From an uncultured Chloroflexota bacterium (lineage in GTDB: Bacteria; Chloroflexota; Anaerolineae; Anaerolineales; UBA4823), in NCBI GenBank assembly GCA_903871905.1, contig CAIQIV010000586.1, positions 1 through 49,961 of the forward strand: 49,961 nt of DNA, written 5' to 3'. Positions 1-7,835 of this stretch are shown here, piece after piece (positions within the stretch are counted from its first letter, which is position 1; every line of letters starts with the position of its first letter). The notes below the pieces were generated by a model. That model had not been told where the DNA came from. It saw only the letters and a list, made by a program, of their open reading frames with translations, and made no database searches. Position numbers and translations under genes: made by a program.

Positions 1-16
1 AAGGAGATTTTAAGTT

Positions 17-226
17 ATGTCAGACCGGATCGTCGGTACAGTTAAATGGTTCAACGGCAGCAAGGGTTATGGTTTCATTTCCCGCGAAGATGGACCGGAT
101 GTTTTTGTTCACTTCTCTGCAATCCGGGGCGATGGCTATCGCTCCCTGACCGAAGGCCAGAAGGTGGAGTTCTCCGTCGAAAAAGGCCCCAAGGGTTTGC
201 AGGCAGCCAACGTCGTTTCTTTGTAA
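17..226 (+). CDS. cspA: Cold-shock protein, CspA family
   Basis: 69-aa ORF with both cold-shock-domain RNA-binding motifs (KGYGFI, VFVHF). AAGGAG at 1-6 lies upstream of ATG 17. A strong hairpin terminator follows. Confidence 0.95.
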   Translation: MSDRIVGTVKWFNGSKGYGFISREDGPDVFVHFSAIRGDGYRSLTEGQKVEFSVEKGPKGLQAANVVSL

Positions 227-245
227 GAACGGGATTCGGTGAAAT

Positions 246-284
246 AATCACCCCGGAGAGCGCTCTCCGGGGTGATTTTATTTC
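246..284. terminator. Bidirectional intrinsic terminator between convergent cspA and degV-like genes
   Basis: Perfect 14-bp stem AATCACCCCGGAGA (246-259) / TCTCCGGGGTGATT (264-277) with a 4-nt loop, flanked by a T-rich run downstream and an A-rich run upstream. Confidence 0.8.
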
Positions 285-304
285 AAATTCGAGGATCTGT
301 ACGG

Positions 305-1168
305 TTAAAAAAGACCGCTGAAGACCGCCGGGTCGCCTACTCCCATCCCTACAACAGTGGGGCCTGTGTGCGCTCCCAGGACCGGGGCAACAACATTAAC
401 CGGGTCAAATTGACACTTGAATTTTTTGTTGATCGCCTCGCGCAGGAATTCCACCCCCTCCATGTCATCTCCGTGCAGCAGTTGGACGCGCAGCGCTTGC
501 CCCTCAGGGAACATTTGGGCCACAATTTCGGGGATTCGGTTAAGGGCACGCTTCCAGGTGATTTCCTGGGCGAAGGATTCGTACATTCCTTTGATTTTCT
601 CTGGACCGATGATAGGCTTGATATTCAGCATCGAGGCAACCAGGCCTTTCATGTGACTGATCCTCCCGCCGTGGATCAGGTACTTCAATGTTTTCAGGGT
701 AAACAGGCCCTGGGTGCGCGGCTGCATCTGCTCGAGCTGGGCAATAATCCGCTCTTTACTCCAGTTGAGCTGAACAGCATGCGCCGCGGCCTGAACCATC
801 CAGCCCAGCGGGCTGGAGAGGGTCATTGAGTCGAAGAAAGTGACATGAGCCTCAGGGACCATTTCTGCCCCGGCGCGCGCTGTATTCAATGTGCCGCTCA
901 AACCTGAGGAGATGTGAATGGACAGGATATCCGGATCGGTTTGGGCAAGCTGGCGGTAGAGCGCTGCAAAGTCTCCTGCGGCAGGTTGAGAGGTGGTCGG
1001 GAAGCTCTCGGTGTTTTCGAGTAAGTGATAAAATTCTGCTGGCTGTAAATCGATCCCACTCTGGTAATTCTTGCCATCCAGGTGAATGGACAGCGGGACT
1101 GCGTGCACTTGCAGTTCCTGAAGCATTGCAGGGGTTAAATCGGCAGCACTATCCGTAACAATTTGCAT
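305..1168 (-). CDS. DegV family fatty-acid-binding protein
   Basis: ORF 305-1240. The DegV-like N-terminus MQIVTDSAADL begins at ATG 1168, with GGAGAA 6 nt upstream. The 24 upstream codons look non-native. Confidence 0.85.
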   Translation of the reverse strand: MQIVTDSAADLTPAMLQELQVHAVPLSIHLDGKNYQSGIDLQPAEFYHLLENTESFPTTSQPAAGDFAALYRQLAQTDPDILSIHISSGLSGTLNTARAGAEMVPEAHVTFFDSMTLSSPLGWMVQAAAHAVQLNWSKERIIAQLEQMQPRTQGLFTLKTLKYLIHGGRISHMKGLVASMLNIKPIIGPEKIKGMYESFAQEITWKRALNRIPEIVAQMFPEGQALRVQLLHGDDMEGVEFLREAINKKFKCQFDPVNVVAPVLGAHTGPTVVGMGVGDPAVFSGLF

Positions 1169-1428
1169 GATCCGTTCTCCACAACAATTGAATTGCCAGG
1201 AGCGAATAGAAATGCCCTGGTAAAGGTTAATTATATACAAGATTCATGATAAATTGATTAAGTTCAGCTAATTATTCCAGCATGCCGATGGAATACAGGT
1301 TGAAATTGACGCGTCCAGCAAGATGATCCCCTGTCAAAGCAGATCCGGGTTGGTGGGGTAGGGTAGTTGATTAAGAAAGTCTAACCGAGCAGCGGCGCCG
1401 TGTATCACGAATGGAGTGAATCAGAGAG

Positions 1429-1434
1429 TACAAT
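1429..1434 (+). promoter_or_regulatory. -10 box TACAAT placed 6 nt before the ATG (leaderless-transcript candidate)
   Basis: TACAAT at 1429-1434 and ATG at 1441, with no Shine-Dalgarno possible in between. The -35 is poor. Confidence 0.35.
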
Positions 1435-1440
1435 ACGCCA

Positions 1441-2694
1441 ATGCTAAACAGAAGCGGGCTCAGGCCCAGGTGGATCCTTGGTGTTGTTGCCATTGCCTGC
1501 CTGGGGTTGGCCCTGTTTTATTGGTTCCCCCAGGTCAACCGCCGGCTTGCCTGGCGCCTGGATTTTGGCCTGGCTTATTTGAGGGGTGTGATCAACCCGG
1601 TTGGCCCGATGCCAACCGCTTTACCCCAGCCGCGCCTCTCGGTCACGCACCACCCGACCCAGACCCCTGAACAACCAGCCACCCCGCAGCCAACGGCAGC
1701 GGTTACCTCTATCCCCCAGCCCTCCCCAACCCCGCTGCCGAACTCAATTGTCCTGCCTGCCCCGCTCTGGGAGAAGCAGGACATTAACAACTGTGGACCT
1801 GCCAGCCTGGCCATGTACCTGCGCTATTATCAATGGGAGGGGGACCAGTTTGATGTGGCTACGGTGTTGAAGCCGCAGCGTGAGGACCGCAACGTCAATG
1901 TGGATGAGCTGGCTTACTATGTGCGCAACCATGCCGGCTGGCTGCATGTTGAATATCGCGTAGGAGGCAATCTCGCACTGCTCAAGTCTCTGCTGGCTGT
2001 AGGGATCCCGGTGATGATTGAAGAAAGTTTTTATTTTGAGGAGCCATACTGGCCGGACGATGACCTGTGGGCGGCGCACTATTTCCTGGTCACCGGGTAT
2101 GACGATGCTGCTCAGGAGTTCACTGGCCAGGACAGCTTTTATGGCGCAGACCGTAAAGTGGCCTACCAGAAGCTGGACAGCTACTGGCAGGCGTTCAATC
2201 GGGTGTATCTGCTGGTCTTCCCGCCGGCGCAGGAGCAGGTGGTCCAGTCCCTGCTGGGAGAGGATTGGGATGCGGATGCAAACCGGCAGCGAACCCTGGA
2301 GCATTCCCAGCAGGAGACCGAGCAGGATCCCCAGAACGCCTTTGCCTGGTTTAACCTTGGTTCTAACCTGGTCTATTTTGAACGGTACCTGGAGGCCAGC
2401 CAGGCTTATGATACTGCGCGCAACCTGGGGCTACCCCAGCGCATGCTGCGCTACCAGTTTGGTCCGTTCATTGCCTATTTCCATACCGGGCAGATCGATA
2501 CGCTGCTGAAGCTGACCAGTTATGCGCTGGAGCTGACACCGAAATCTGAAGAGGCCTGGCTGTGGCATGGATGGGCGCTCTACCGGCAGGGAAAGACGAA
2601 CCAGGCTGTGGCTGATTTTGAGCGCGCCCTGGCAGAAAACCCGAATTACCTGGATGCGCAGTATGCCCTGAATTTTGTCCAGCAGAACCGCTAA
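1441..2694 (+). CDS. Membrane-anchored peptidase C39-like domain / TPR repeat protein (paralogue of the 44803-48780 genes)
   Basis: 417 aa. N-terminal TM helix (ILGVVAIACLGLALFYWF), then a Pro/Thr-rich linker. Papain-like core with NNCGPASLAM, AAHYFLVTGYDD and GQDSF as Cys/His/Asp candidates. C-terminal TPR-like repeats. Confidence 0.8.
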   Translation: MLNRSGLRPRWILGVVAIACLGLALFYWFPQVNRRLAWRLDFGLAYLRGVINPVGPMPTALPQPRLSVTHHPTQTPEQPATPQPTAAVTSIPQPSPTPLPNSIVLPAPLWEKQDINNCGPASLAMYLRYYQWEGDQFDVATVLKPQREDRNVNVDELAYYVRNHAGWLHVEYRVGGNLALLKSLLAVGIPVMIEESFYFEEPYWPDDDLWAAHYFLVTGYDDAAQEFTGQDSFYGADRKVAYQKLDSYWQAFNRVYLLVFPPAQEQVVQSLLGEDWDADANRQRTLEHSQQETEQDPQNAFAWFNLGSNLVYFERYLEASQAYDTARNLGLPQRMLRYQFGPFIAYFHTGQIDTLLKLTSYALELTPKSEEAWLWHGWALYRQGKTNQAVADFERALAENPNYLDAQYALNFVQQNR

Positions 2695-2821
2695 TCTGGA
2701 AGATAGAATCGTGCTATACTTAAAGTCTATACCTGGAGGTCGAAGCTGCCTGCCATCGTAAGCAGACCTCTCAGAACATGATGATAATATACAGAGACAA
2801 GAAACCAAACAGGAGAATGGT

Positions 2822-5428
2822 ATGAATTTGGAAGCATCAAATACCCCGCGCTCCTCAAAGGGGAAAACCGGGCGCATGCGAGGTTTGGTACTGAGTTTGC
2901 TCACCATCCTGGTCCTGGCAGGGCTGCTGGCAAGCTCGGTGATCGGCCCGGTCGTTGCCGATCCGGAAACACCTGGCGCGGGAAATACAACCTGGTATAA
3001 ATACGATGTCGACGCCCCGCCGATGATCTCCAACTTTTCTGGCCGGAGCCTGCGCTACAGCCCATCGGGCTTCCCGGCTGTGGCCTACGGCGGTGATCAC
3101 CTTTACTATTCCTATTGGAGCGGCACCCAGTGGCTTACCAGCGTGGTGGACAGCAGCCCGGGTGTGGGCGCCTATGCTGCCCTGGCGTTTGACAAAAGCA
3201 GCCGCCCGCGTATTGCTTATTACGACTCGATCAACCTGGCGCTCAAGTTTGCCTATTGGAACGGCTCTGCCTGGGTCATCCAGACGGTAGATCGCTCCAT
3301 GGCGCCGCAGCAGGCCCAGTCGATCCAGAAGACCAACGCCTGGCGTGAGCGGCTGCGCACGGATGAAACGCTGCGTGACCTGGCTCCTTCGGGCACCCCG
3401 GCTGATCCGCCTGGGGTGGGCCTGTATGTCTCCATCGCCATTGACAACATGAACCGTATCCACCTCAGTTATTATGATAATCAGCCGGAGCTGGATACAG
3501 AGGAGATTGGTAAGCTGAAGTATGCATACTGGGATGGCGGGATCTCTGGTTGGAAGATCGTCACCGTCGACCACCGCAACGATGTGGGCTCGTATACTTC
3601 GATAGCGATCAAAAGCGATGGCCAACCGGCGATCAGCTACATGATTGAAAAATATGACGACCTGAGATTTGCAGAGCGCGCTGCCAATGGAGAATGGACG
3701 ATCACCGCAGTCGATGATGGTGACAGCTACGTGGGACCCTTCAGTTCCCTGGTTTTTGACAGCACAGGCCTGCCGCATATCAGTTATTACGACTTTGGCA
3801 ACGGCGACCTGAAATATGCCACGCGCAAGGGTGATGGCAACTGGAAGCTCACCACCCTGGACAGCGATGGCGATGTAGGCCTTGGCTCTTCCATTGCCAT
3901 CGATCCGGATGATCGGATCGTCATCAGCTATGTGGACAAAACCAACGACAGCCTGCGTCTGCTGGAAGGCCCGGGGTGGACTTCCTCGGGAAACCTGTTT
4001 ACTGGCCATGTAGACCGCTTTACCTCTGCTTCCATTCACTACCGTAATGACGCTATTGCCTCTTTCTCACGGCCCAGCATTGCCTATCTGTATTGGGCGA
4101 CCGACTCTTACACGTCGCTTGACCTGGAACTGCGCATGGCAACTCTGGATGGCGGCACCTGGTATGACAGCTTTATCAACCGCACCGGGAAAGTTGGCGT
4201 GGCGTCCTCACTGGATTTGGACAAGAATTCCTGGCCGCACATCGCCTACTTCAGCGATACGCTGGACAACTTGAAATATGCCGGTTTCTTTAAGCCATAC
4301 CTGGCTTATCCGGTGTACTCCTGGTACTACAACAAGATCACTGATCCCTTTGCTGGCGGCTTCTGGCCATCCCTGCGCCTGGATAAATACGGGCGTGAGC
4401 GGGTGGCATATTATGACAGCAAGCTGGGGGGACTGCGCATGGCTTATCGCGACTACAATGTCCCCTTCTGGTGGAATACCTGGAAGCTGCTGGATATTGA
4501 TTACGATTATGATGTGGGTTACTATCCCTCGCTCGCCATCGATAACAATGATTGGATGCACTTTGCTTATTACGACGCCACCTGGGGTGACCTGAAGTAC
4601 GCTGTCTACAACTGGTACGGCAGCATCCAGGTTACCCGCCTGGACGAGACGGGCGACGTGGGCAAGTTTACCTCAATGGTCCTGGATATCAATAATAACC
4701 CTTACATCTCATACTACGATGTGGATAATCACCAACTCAAGCTGGCGTACATTACCCAGATCGGAGCCTGGACGACAGAAGTGGTGGATGTTTTGCCCGA
4801 ACCGCCGGTAGATATGGATGTTGAAGTTTACAACTCCATCGCACTGGACGTCAACGGCGTTCCCCATATCACCTATTATGATCCGATCAACGGCGATCTG
4901 AAATATGCTTATATGACCGCCAGCGGTTGGAATATCTCGATCATCGACAGTGTTGGAGATGTCGGACGCTACAGCTCGCTGGTCATCGACCAACAGAACA
5001 TGGAACAGCTCTGCTATTATGATGGCACCAACGGCGACCTGAAGTATGCCAAGGGCCCGGCCGGGAACTGGACCATCGAGTTCGTTGATACAGTTGGCGA
5101 TACCGGGTTGTGGTGCTCGCTGAAGGTCACCAACCTGGGTGAGCCAGTTATGTCGTATTATGACCTGTTGGGTGGCGATCTCAAGATAGCTGCCTCATAT
5201 CCGCTGCCGTGGAATTACAAGGGCAGATGGTCGTTCGCGCCGATGACGATGTTCCACTTCAAGGCGACACCTGGTTGGGCATCACCCACGCCTCCGACCG
5301 TGGAACCGACGCGTAAGCCGGATGTGATCCAGGGCTTCCCCCCGGGTGGCGCAGAAATCACCCCCGTGCCACCTGGTGAGCGTCCGCCCAGCACGCCAGC
5401 CATGTCGCCGACACCATTGAAGCCCTGA
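2822..5428 (+). CDS. Secreted/anchored repeat protein, probable double beta-propeller, Pro-rich C-terminal tail
   Basis: 868-aa ORF with AGGAGA 5 nt upstream of the ATG. N-terminal hydrophobic anchor or signal (GLVLSLLTILVLAGLLASSVIG). 14 tandem repeats of the type VG.y.SiaiD..g.phISYYD..nGDLKYA. Confidence 0.85.
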   Translation: MNLEASNTPRSSKGKTGRMRGLVLSLLTILVLAGLLASSVIGPVVADPETPGAGNTTWYKYDVDAPPMISNFSGRSLRYSPSGFPAVAYGGDHLYYSYWSGTQWLTSVVDSSPGVGAYAALAFDKSSRPRIAYYDSINLALKFAYWNGSAWVIQTVDRSMAPQQAQSIQKTNAWRERLRTDETLRDLAPSGTPADPPGVGLYVSIAIDNMNRIHLSYYDNQPELDTEEIGKLKYAYWDGGISGWKIVTVDHRNDVGSYTSIAIKSDGQPAISYMIEKYDDLRFAERAANGEWTITAVDDGDSYVGPFSSLVFDSTGLPHISYYDFGNGDLKYATRKGDGNWKLTTLDSDGDVGLGSSIAIDPDDRIVISYVDKTNDSLRLLEGPGWTSSGNLFTGHVDRFTSASIHYRNDAIASFSRPSIAYLYWATDSYTSLDLELRMATLDGGTWYDSFINRTGKVGVASSLDLDKNSWPHIAYFSDTLDNLKYAGFFKPYLAYPVYSWYYNKITDPFAGGFWPSLRLDKYGRERVAYYDSKLGGLRMAYRDYNVPFWWNTWKLLDIDYDYDVGYYPSLAIDNNDWMHFAYYDATWGDLKYAVYNWYGSIQVTRLDETGDVGKFTSMVLDINNNPYISYYDVDNHQLKLAYITQIGAWTTEVVDVLPEPPVDMDVEVYNSIALDVNGVPHITYYDPINGDLKYAYMTASGWNISIIDSVGDVGRYSSLVIDQQNMEQLCYYDGTNGDLKYAKGPAGNWTIEFVDTVGDTGLWCSLKVTNLGEPVMSYYDLLGGDLKIAASYPLPWNYKGRWSFAPMTMFHFKATPGWASPTPPTVEPTRKPDVIQGFPPGGAEITPVPPGERPPSTPAMSPTPLKP
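3053..5203 (+). repeat. 14 tandem protein-level repeats (about 45-55 aa each) inside the 868-aa CDS
   Basis: The core [IV][SA]Y[YV]D ... L[KR][YFLI]A was counted 14 times, for example RIAYYDSINLALKFA, HISYYDFGNGDLKYA, HITYYDPINGDLKYA, VMSYYDLLGGDLKIA. Confidence 0.6.
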
Positions 5429-5462
5429 GGCAGTCCGCCGGGTGTCTTTTAGCCAAAAATGG

Positions 5463-5499
5463 GCAGGCCTGGAGAATGAATCCTGGCCTGCTTCTTTAT
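5463..5499 (+). terminator. Intrinsic terminator after the repeat-protein gene
   Basis: GCAGGCCTGGA (5463-5473) / TCCTGGCCTGC (5481-5491) with one mismatch, followed by TTCTTTAT. The T tract overlaps the stop of the convergent LuxR gene. Confidence 0.6.
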
Positions 5500-6149
5500 A
5501 TGGCGATCAACCCTTGCTGCGCGCCGATGCGCACTGCCTGAGCGCGGTTGGTGGCGCCTAATTTGGAATAGATAGACGTCAGGTGAAATTTTACCGTATG
5601 GTCGCTGATCCCTAACTCGGCGGCGATTTGCTTATTCGCCAGCCCGCGCGCTATGCACTGCAGCACCTGACCCTCGCGCTCGGTCAGCGCTTCTACTGGG
5701 AGAGAAGGCTCAGCAAGCCCGCCGGTTGCCAGCCGCGGCAGGCTTGCTCGCAGCAGCTCAGGCGCTCCTACCCATAATCCCTGGGAAACTGCCTGGAGCG
5801 CGGATTGCAGCTCCTCGGGTGAAACGTCTGCCAGCAGAACCCCCCAGCCGGTCAGTGGGAGATTGGAAAGCCGGCGCGATAGCATGGGATCGTCGGTCAG
5901 CACCAGGACCGCCAGGCTGCCTGCCCGGCGCCGCACGACCTGCTCCAGGTCGGGGGGAGAAAAACCGCCGCCGATCAACAACACCTCCGGTTCCCGGGAG
6001 GCAAAATCCAGGTTGTGGAGCGTGGCAGCTTCCAGGATAATGGAGAACCCGTCTGGTACTGTTTCTCCGATCCCGAAGTTCCCCACCAACATGGCGCGCA
6101 AACCAGCTCGTAGGGCCTGGGTGGGGGCGATGATTGCAACCCTGGTCAA
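5496..6149 (-). CDS. LuxR/NarL-type HTH regulator with degenerate (pseudo-)receiver domain
   Basis: C-terminal LuxR HTH (LTEREGQVLQCIARGLANKQIAAELGISDHTVKFHLTSIYSKL). The N-terminal receiver-like fold lacks the acidic pair (IIAPTQ), the phospho-Asp (VLLIGGGFS) and the Lys (GVLLAD). TTG start overlaps the upstream stop (TTGA). Confidence 0.8.
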   Translation of the reverse strand: MTRVAIIAPTQALRAGLRAMLVGNFGIGETVPDGFSIILEAATLHNLDFASREPEVLLIGGGFSPPDLEQVVRRRAGSLAVLVLTDDPMLSRRLSNLPLTGWGVLLADVSPEELQSALQAVSQGLWVGAPELLRASLPRLATGGLAEPSLPVEALTEREGQVLQCIARGLANKQIAAELGISDHTVKFHLTSIYSKLGATNRAQAVRIGAQQGLIAI

Positions 6150-6775
6150 ATCTTGCTCCCCAGGACCTGGCGGAGATATTCAACTGCGATATGGCTGGGG
6201 ATGGCGAGGCTTTGATCTCCGCCGATAATAAGCGTATTGATCCCCACCACCGCCCCGGCAGCGTTGATTAATGGGCCGCCGGAGCTGCCTGGCGCCAGGG
6301 AAGCATCCGTGCGGATGATATCAATTCTACCCCGTTTCCCGTGCGTGGAGGCGGTGGTCAGGGCGCTGATCACCCCACTGGTCACTGCTCCGGTGACTCC
6401 CCATGGGTGCCCCAGGGCTAGCACCAGCTCGCCCACGCGCAGGAGATGCGAATCAGCAATCTGCGCCGGCGGCAGCGGCAGGTGCTCAACCAGGAGGACC
6501 GCCAGGTCGATCTCGGGATCCTGGTCTATCAGCCGCGCCGCCAGCTGAGTACCATTGGAAAGGCGCACGCTCAGTTTCCCGTGGGCCGCTACGTGTCGGT
6601 TGGTCAGGATCACTCCTTCTGGGTGCCAGATGATGCCTGCACCGAAACCATCCGGCGGCGTAGATTGGCCGTTTCCGTTGATCTGGATGGTGACCACGCT
6701 GCGCTGAACGCGGCGCACGGTTTCTCCCAGCATCTCCGCCATCCGATCATTGAGCAAGGCCGGTGCAGTGGTCAT
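6146..6775 (-). CDS. Trypsin-like serine protease (S1C/HtrA-like core, no PDZ)
   Basis: 209 aa. Catalytic triad contexts TNRHVAAH, IDLAVLLV and GSSGGPL. ATGA overlap with the upstream gene. Confidence 0.85.
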   Translation of the reverse strand: MTTAPALLNDRMAEMLGETVRRVQRSVVTIQINGNGQSTPPDGFGAGIIWHPEGVILTNRHVAAHGKLSVRLSNGTQLAARLIDQDPEIDLAVLLVEHLPLPPAQIADSHLLRVGELVLALGHPWGVTGAVTSGVISALTTASTHGKRGRIDIIRTDASLAPGSSGGPLINAAGAVVGINTLIIGGDQSLAIPSHIAVEYLRQVLGSKI

Positions 6776-7680
6776 TTTCGCTCACCGATCACCACGGTCA
6801 GGGTGGTGGGCTGCCCGCCGCGTAATACCTGGATGAGTGCGGGCTGCCCCACGACCTGCCCATTGAGGCGGTAAAACAGGTCATCGGGATCAGATACCGG
6901 CTCTCCACCAATACCAACCAGGATATCCCCTACCAACAGCCCTCCGCTGCTTGCCGGGCTGCCAGCCTCGATATGTACCAGCAGCAGGCCGCTGGCTTGC
7001 TGGTTGCCCAGGGCCTCCTGTTGGGAGGTGGGGAGCTCAACCGGTTGGCTGCGCACACCCAGGTAGCCGCGGCGAATATGTCCGTGGAGCGCCAGAGTCT
7101 CGGCAATTTTCCAGGCCAGCGAGGCCGGGATGGTCAGGGAGACGTCATGCGCCAGGCCGGAGGTGTTTAGCCCCAGCACGGACCCGGCTGCATCGATCAG
7201 CGGGCCGCCGGAAAACCCGGGATAAAAAATGGTGTCCGTGCGCAGGTACTGCTCCAGCAGCCCGCCGCGGCCGGTGCGCACTGGGCCGCCGATGGCGCTC
7301 ACCACGCCCAGGCTTGCCTGAACACCTTCTGGTGTAGGCCGCCCGACTGCCATCACCATCTGACCGACGCGGGCGGCACTGAGCAGCGGTTTGGCGGGCA
7401 TTAGCCCGCCTTGAGCCAGGCGCAGTAGGGCCAGATCGTTGCTTGCATCGCGCCCGGCGACGATGGCCCGCACCTGGCTGCCATCCGGGAGGCCTACCTT
7501 TACATCCTCCTCTCGTTCAACAATATGATCAGCCGTCAGCACCAGGTCGGTACTGAAGACGATGCCGCTCGCCGGATAACGACGGCGGGCATCCACCAAC
7601 ACGGTTGAAGCAGCAGCTTTTTCCACTGCATCAGCCATAGCCGCAGACAGGGCAGCAAATGGATTTGGTTCTTGTGACAT
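6772..7680 (-). CDS. HtrA/DegP-family serine protease with one PDZ domain
   Basis: Triad contexts TADHIV, NDLALLRL and GFSGGPL, then a PDZ-like segment GLLLVHIEAGSPASSGGLLVGDILVGIGG. The ORF opens at TTG 7719, but AGGAG (7690-7694) favours ATG 7680 (alternatively 7686). Confidence 0.85.
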   Translation of the reverse strand: MSQEPNPFAALSAAMADAVEKAAASTVLVDARRRYPASGIVFSTDLVLTADHIVEREEDVKVGLPDGSQVRAIVAGRDASNDLALLRLAQGGLMPAKPLLSAARVGQMVMAVGRPTPEGVQASLGVVSAIGGPVRTGRGGLLEQYLRTDTIFYPGFSGGPLIDAAGSVLGLNTSGLAHDVSLTIPASLAWKIAETLALHGHIRRGYLGVRSQPVELPTSQQEALGNQQASGLLLVHIEAGSPASSGGLLVGDILVGIGGEPVSDPDDLFYRLNGQVVGQPALIQVLRGGQPTTLTVVIGERK

Positions 7681-7784
7681 GGTCATGTACTCCTGAAAAA
7701 ACTCGGTTTGATGACCCAATCATACCTGTCTGATGAGTGGCAGGTACCGGAAGAACAGGCAGGGATGGACCTGGACTTTTGGCC

Positions 7785-7824
7785 AGGTAGAAATAGCTGC
7801 GGGCGTTATGAGTCGCCCGCAGCT
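7785..7824 (-). terminator. Intrinsic terminator downstream of clpB
   Basis: Perfect 11-bp stem AGCTGCGGGCG (7795-7805) / CGCCCGCAGCT (7814-7824). The minus-strand tail is ATTTCTAC. Confidence 0.6.
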
Positions 7825-7835
7825 GGGTTGTGCCG

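Noticed and set aside
1346-1366. G-rich tract GGGTTGGTGGGGTAGGGTAG considered as a G-quadruplex.
   Set aside because: It has only three runs of three or more G plus one GG, so it is not a robust four-tract G4 motif.
2855-4039. 394-aa minus-strand ORF antisense to the repeat-protein gene.
   Set aside because: A shadow ORF in a GC-rich gene. It is Arg/Gly/Ala/Val-rich with low-complexity composition, has no motifs and no RBS, and lies fully inside a convincingly coding plus-strand gene.
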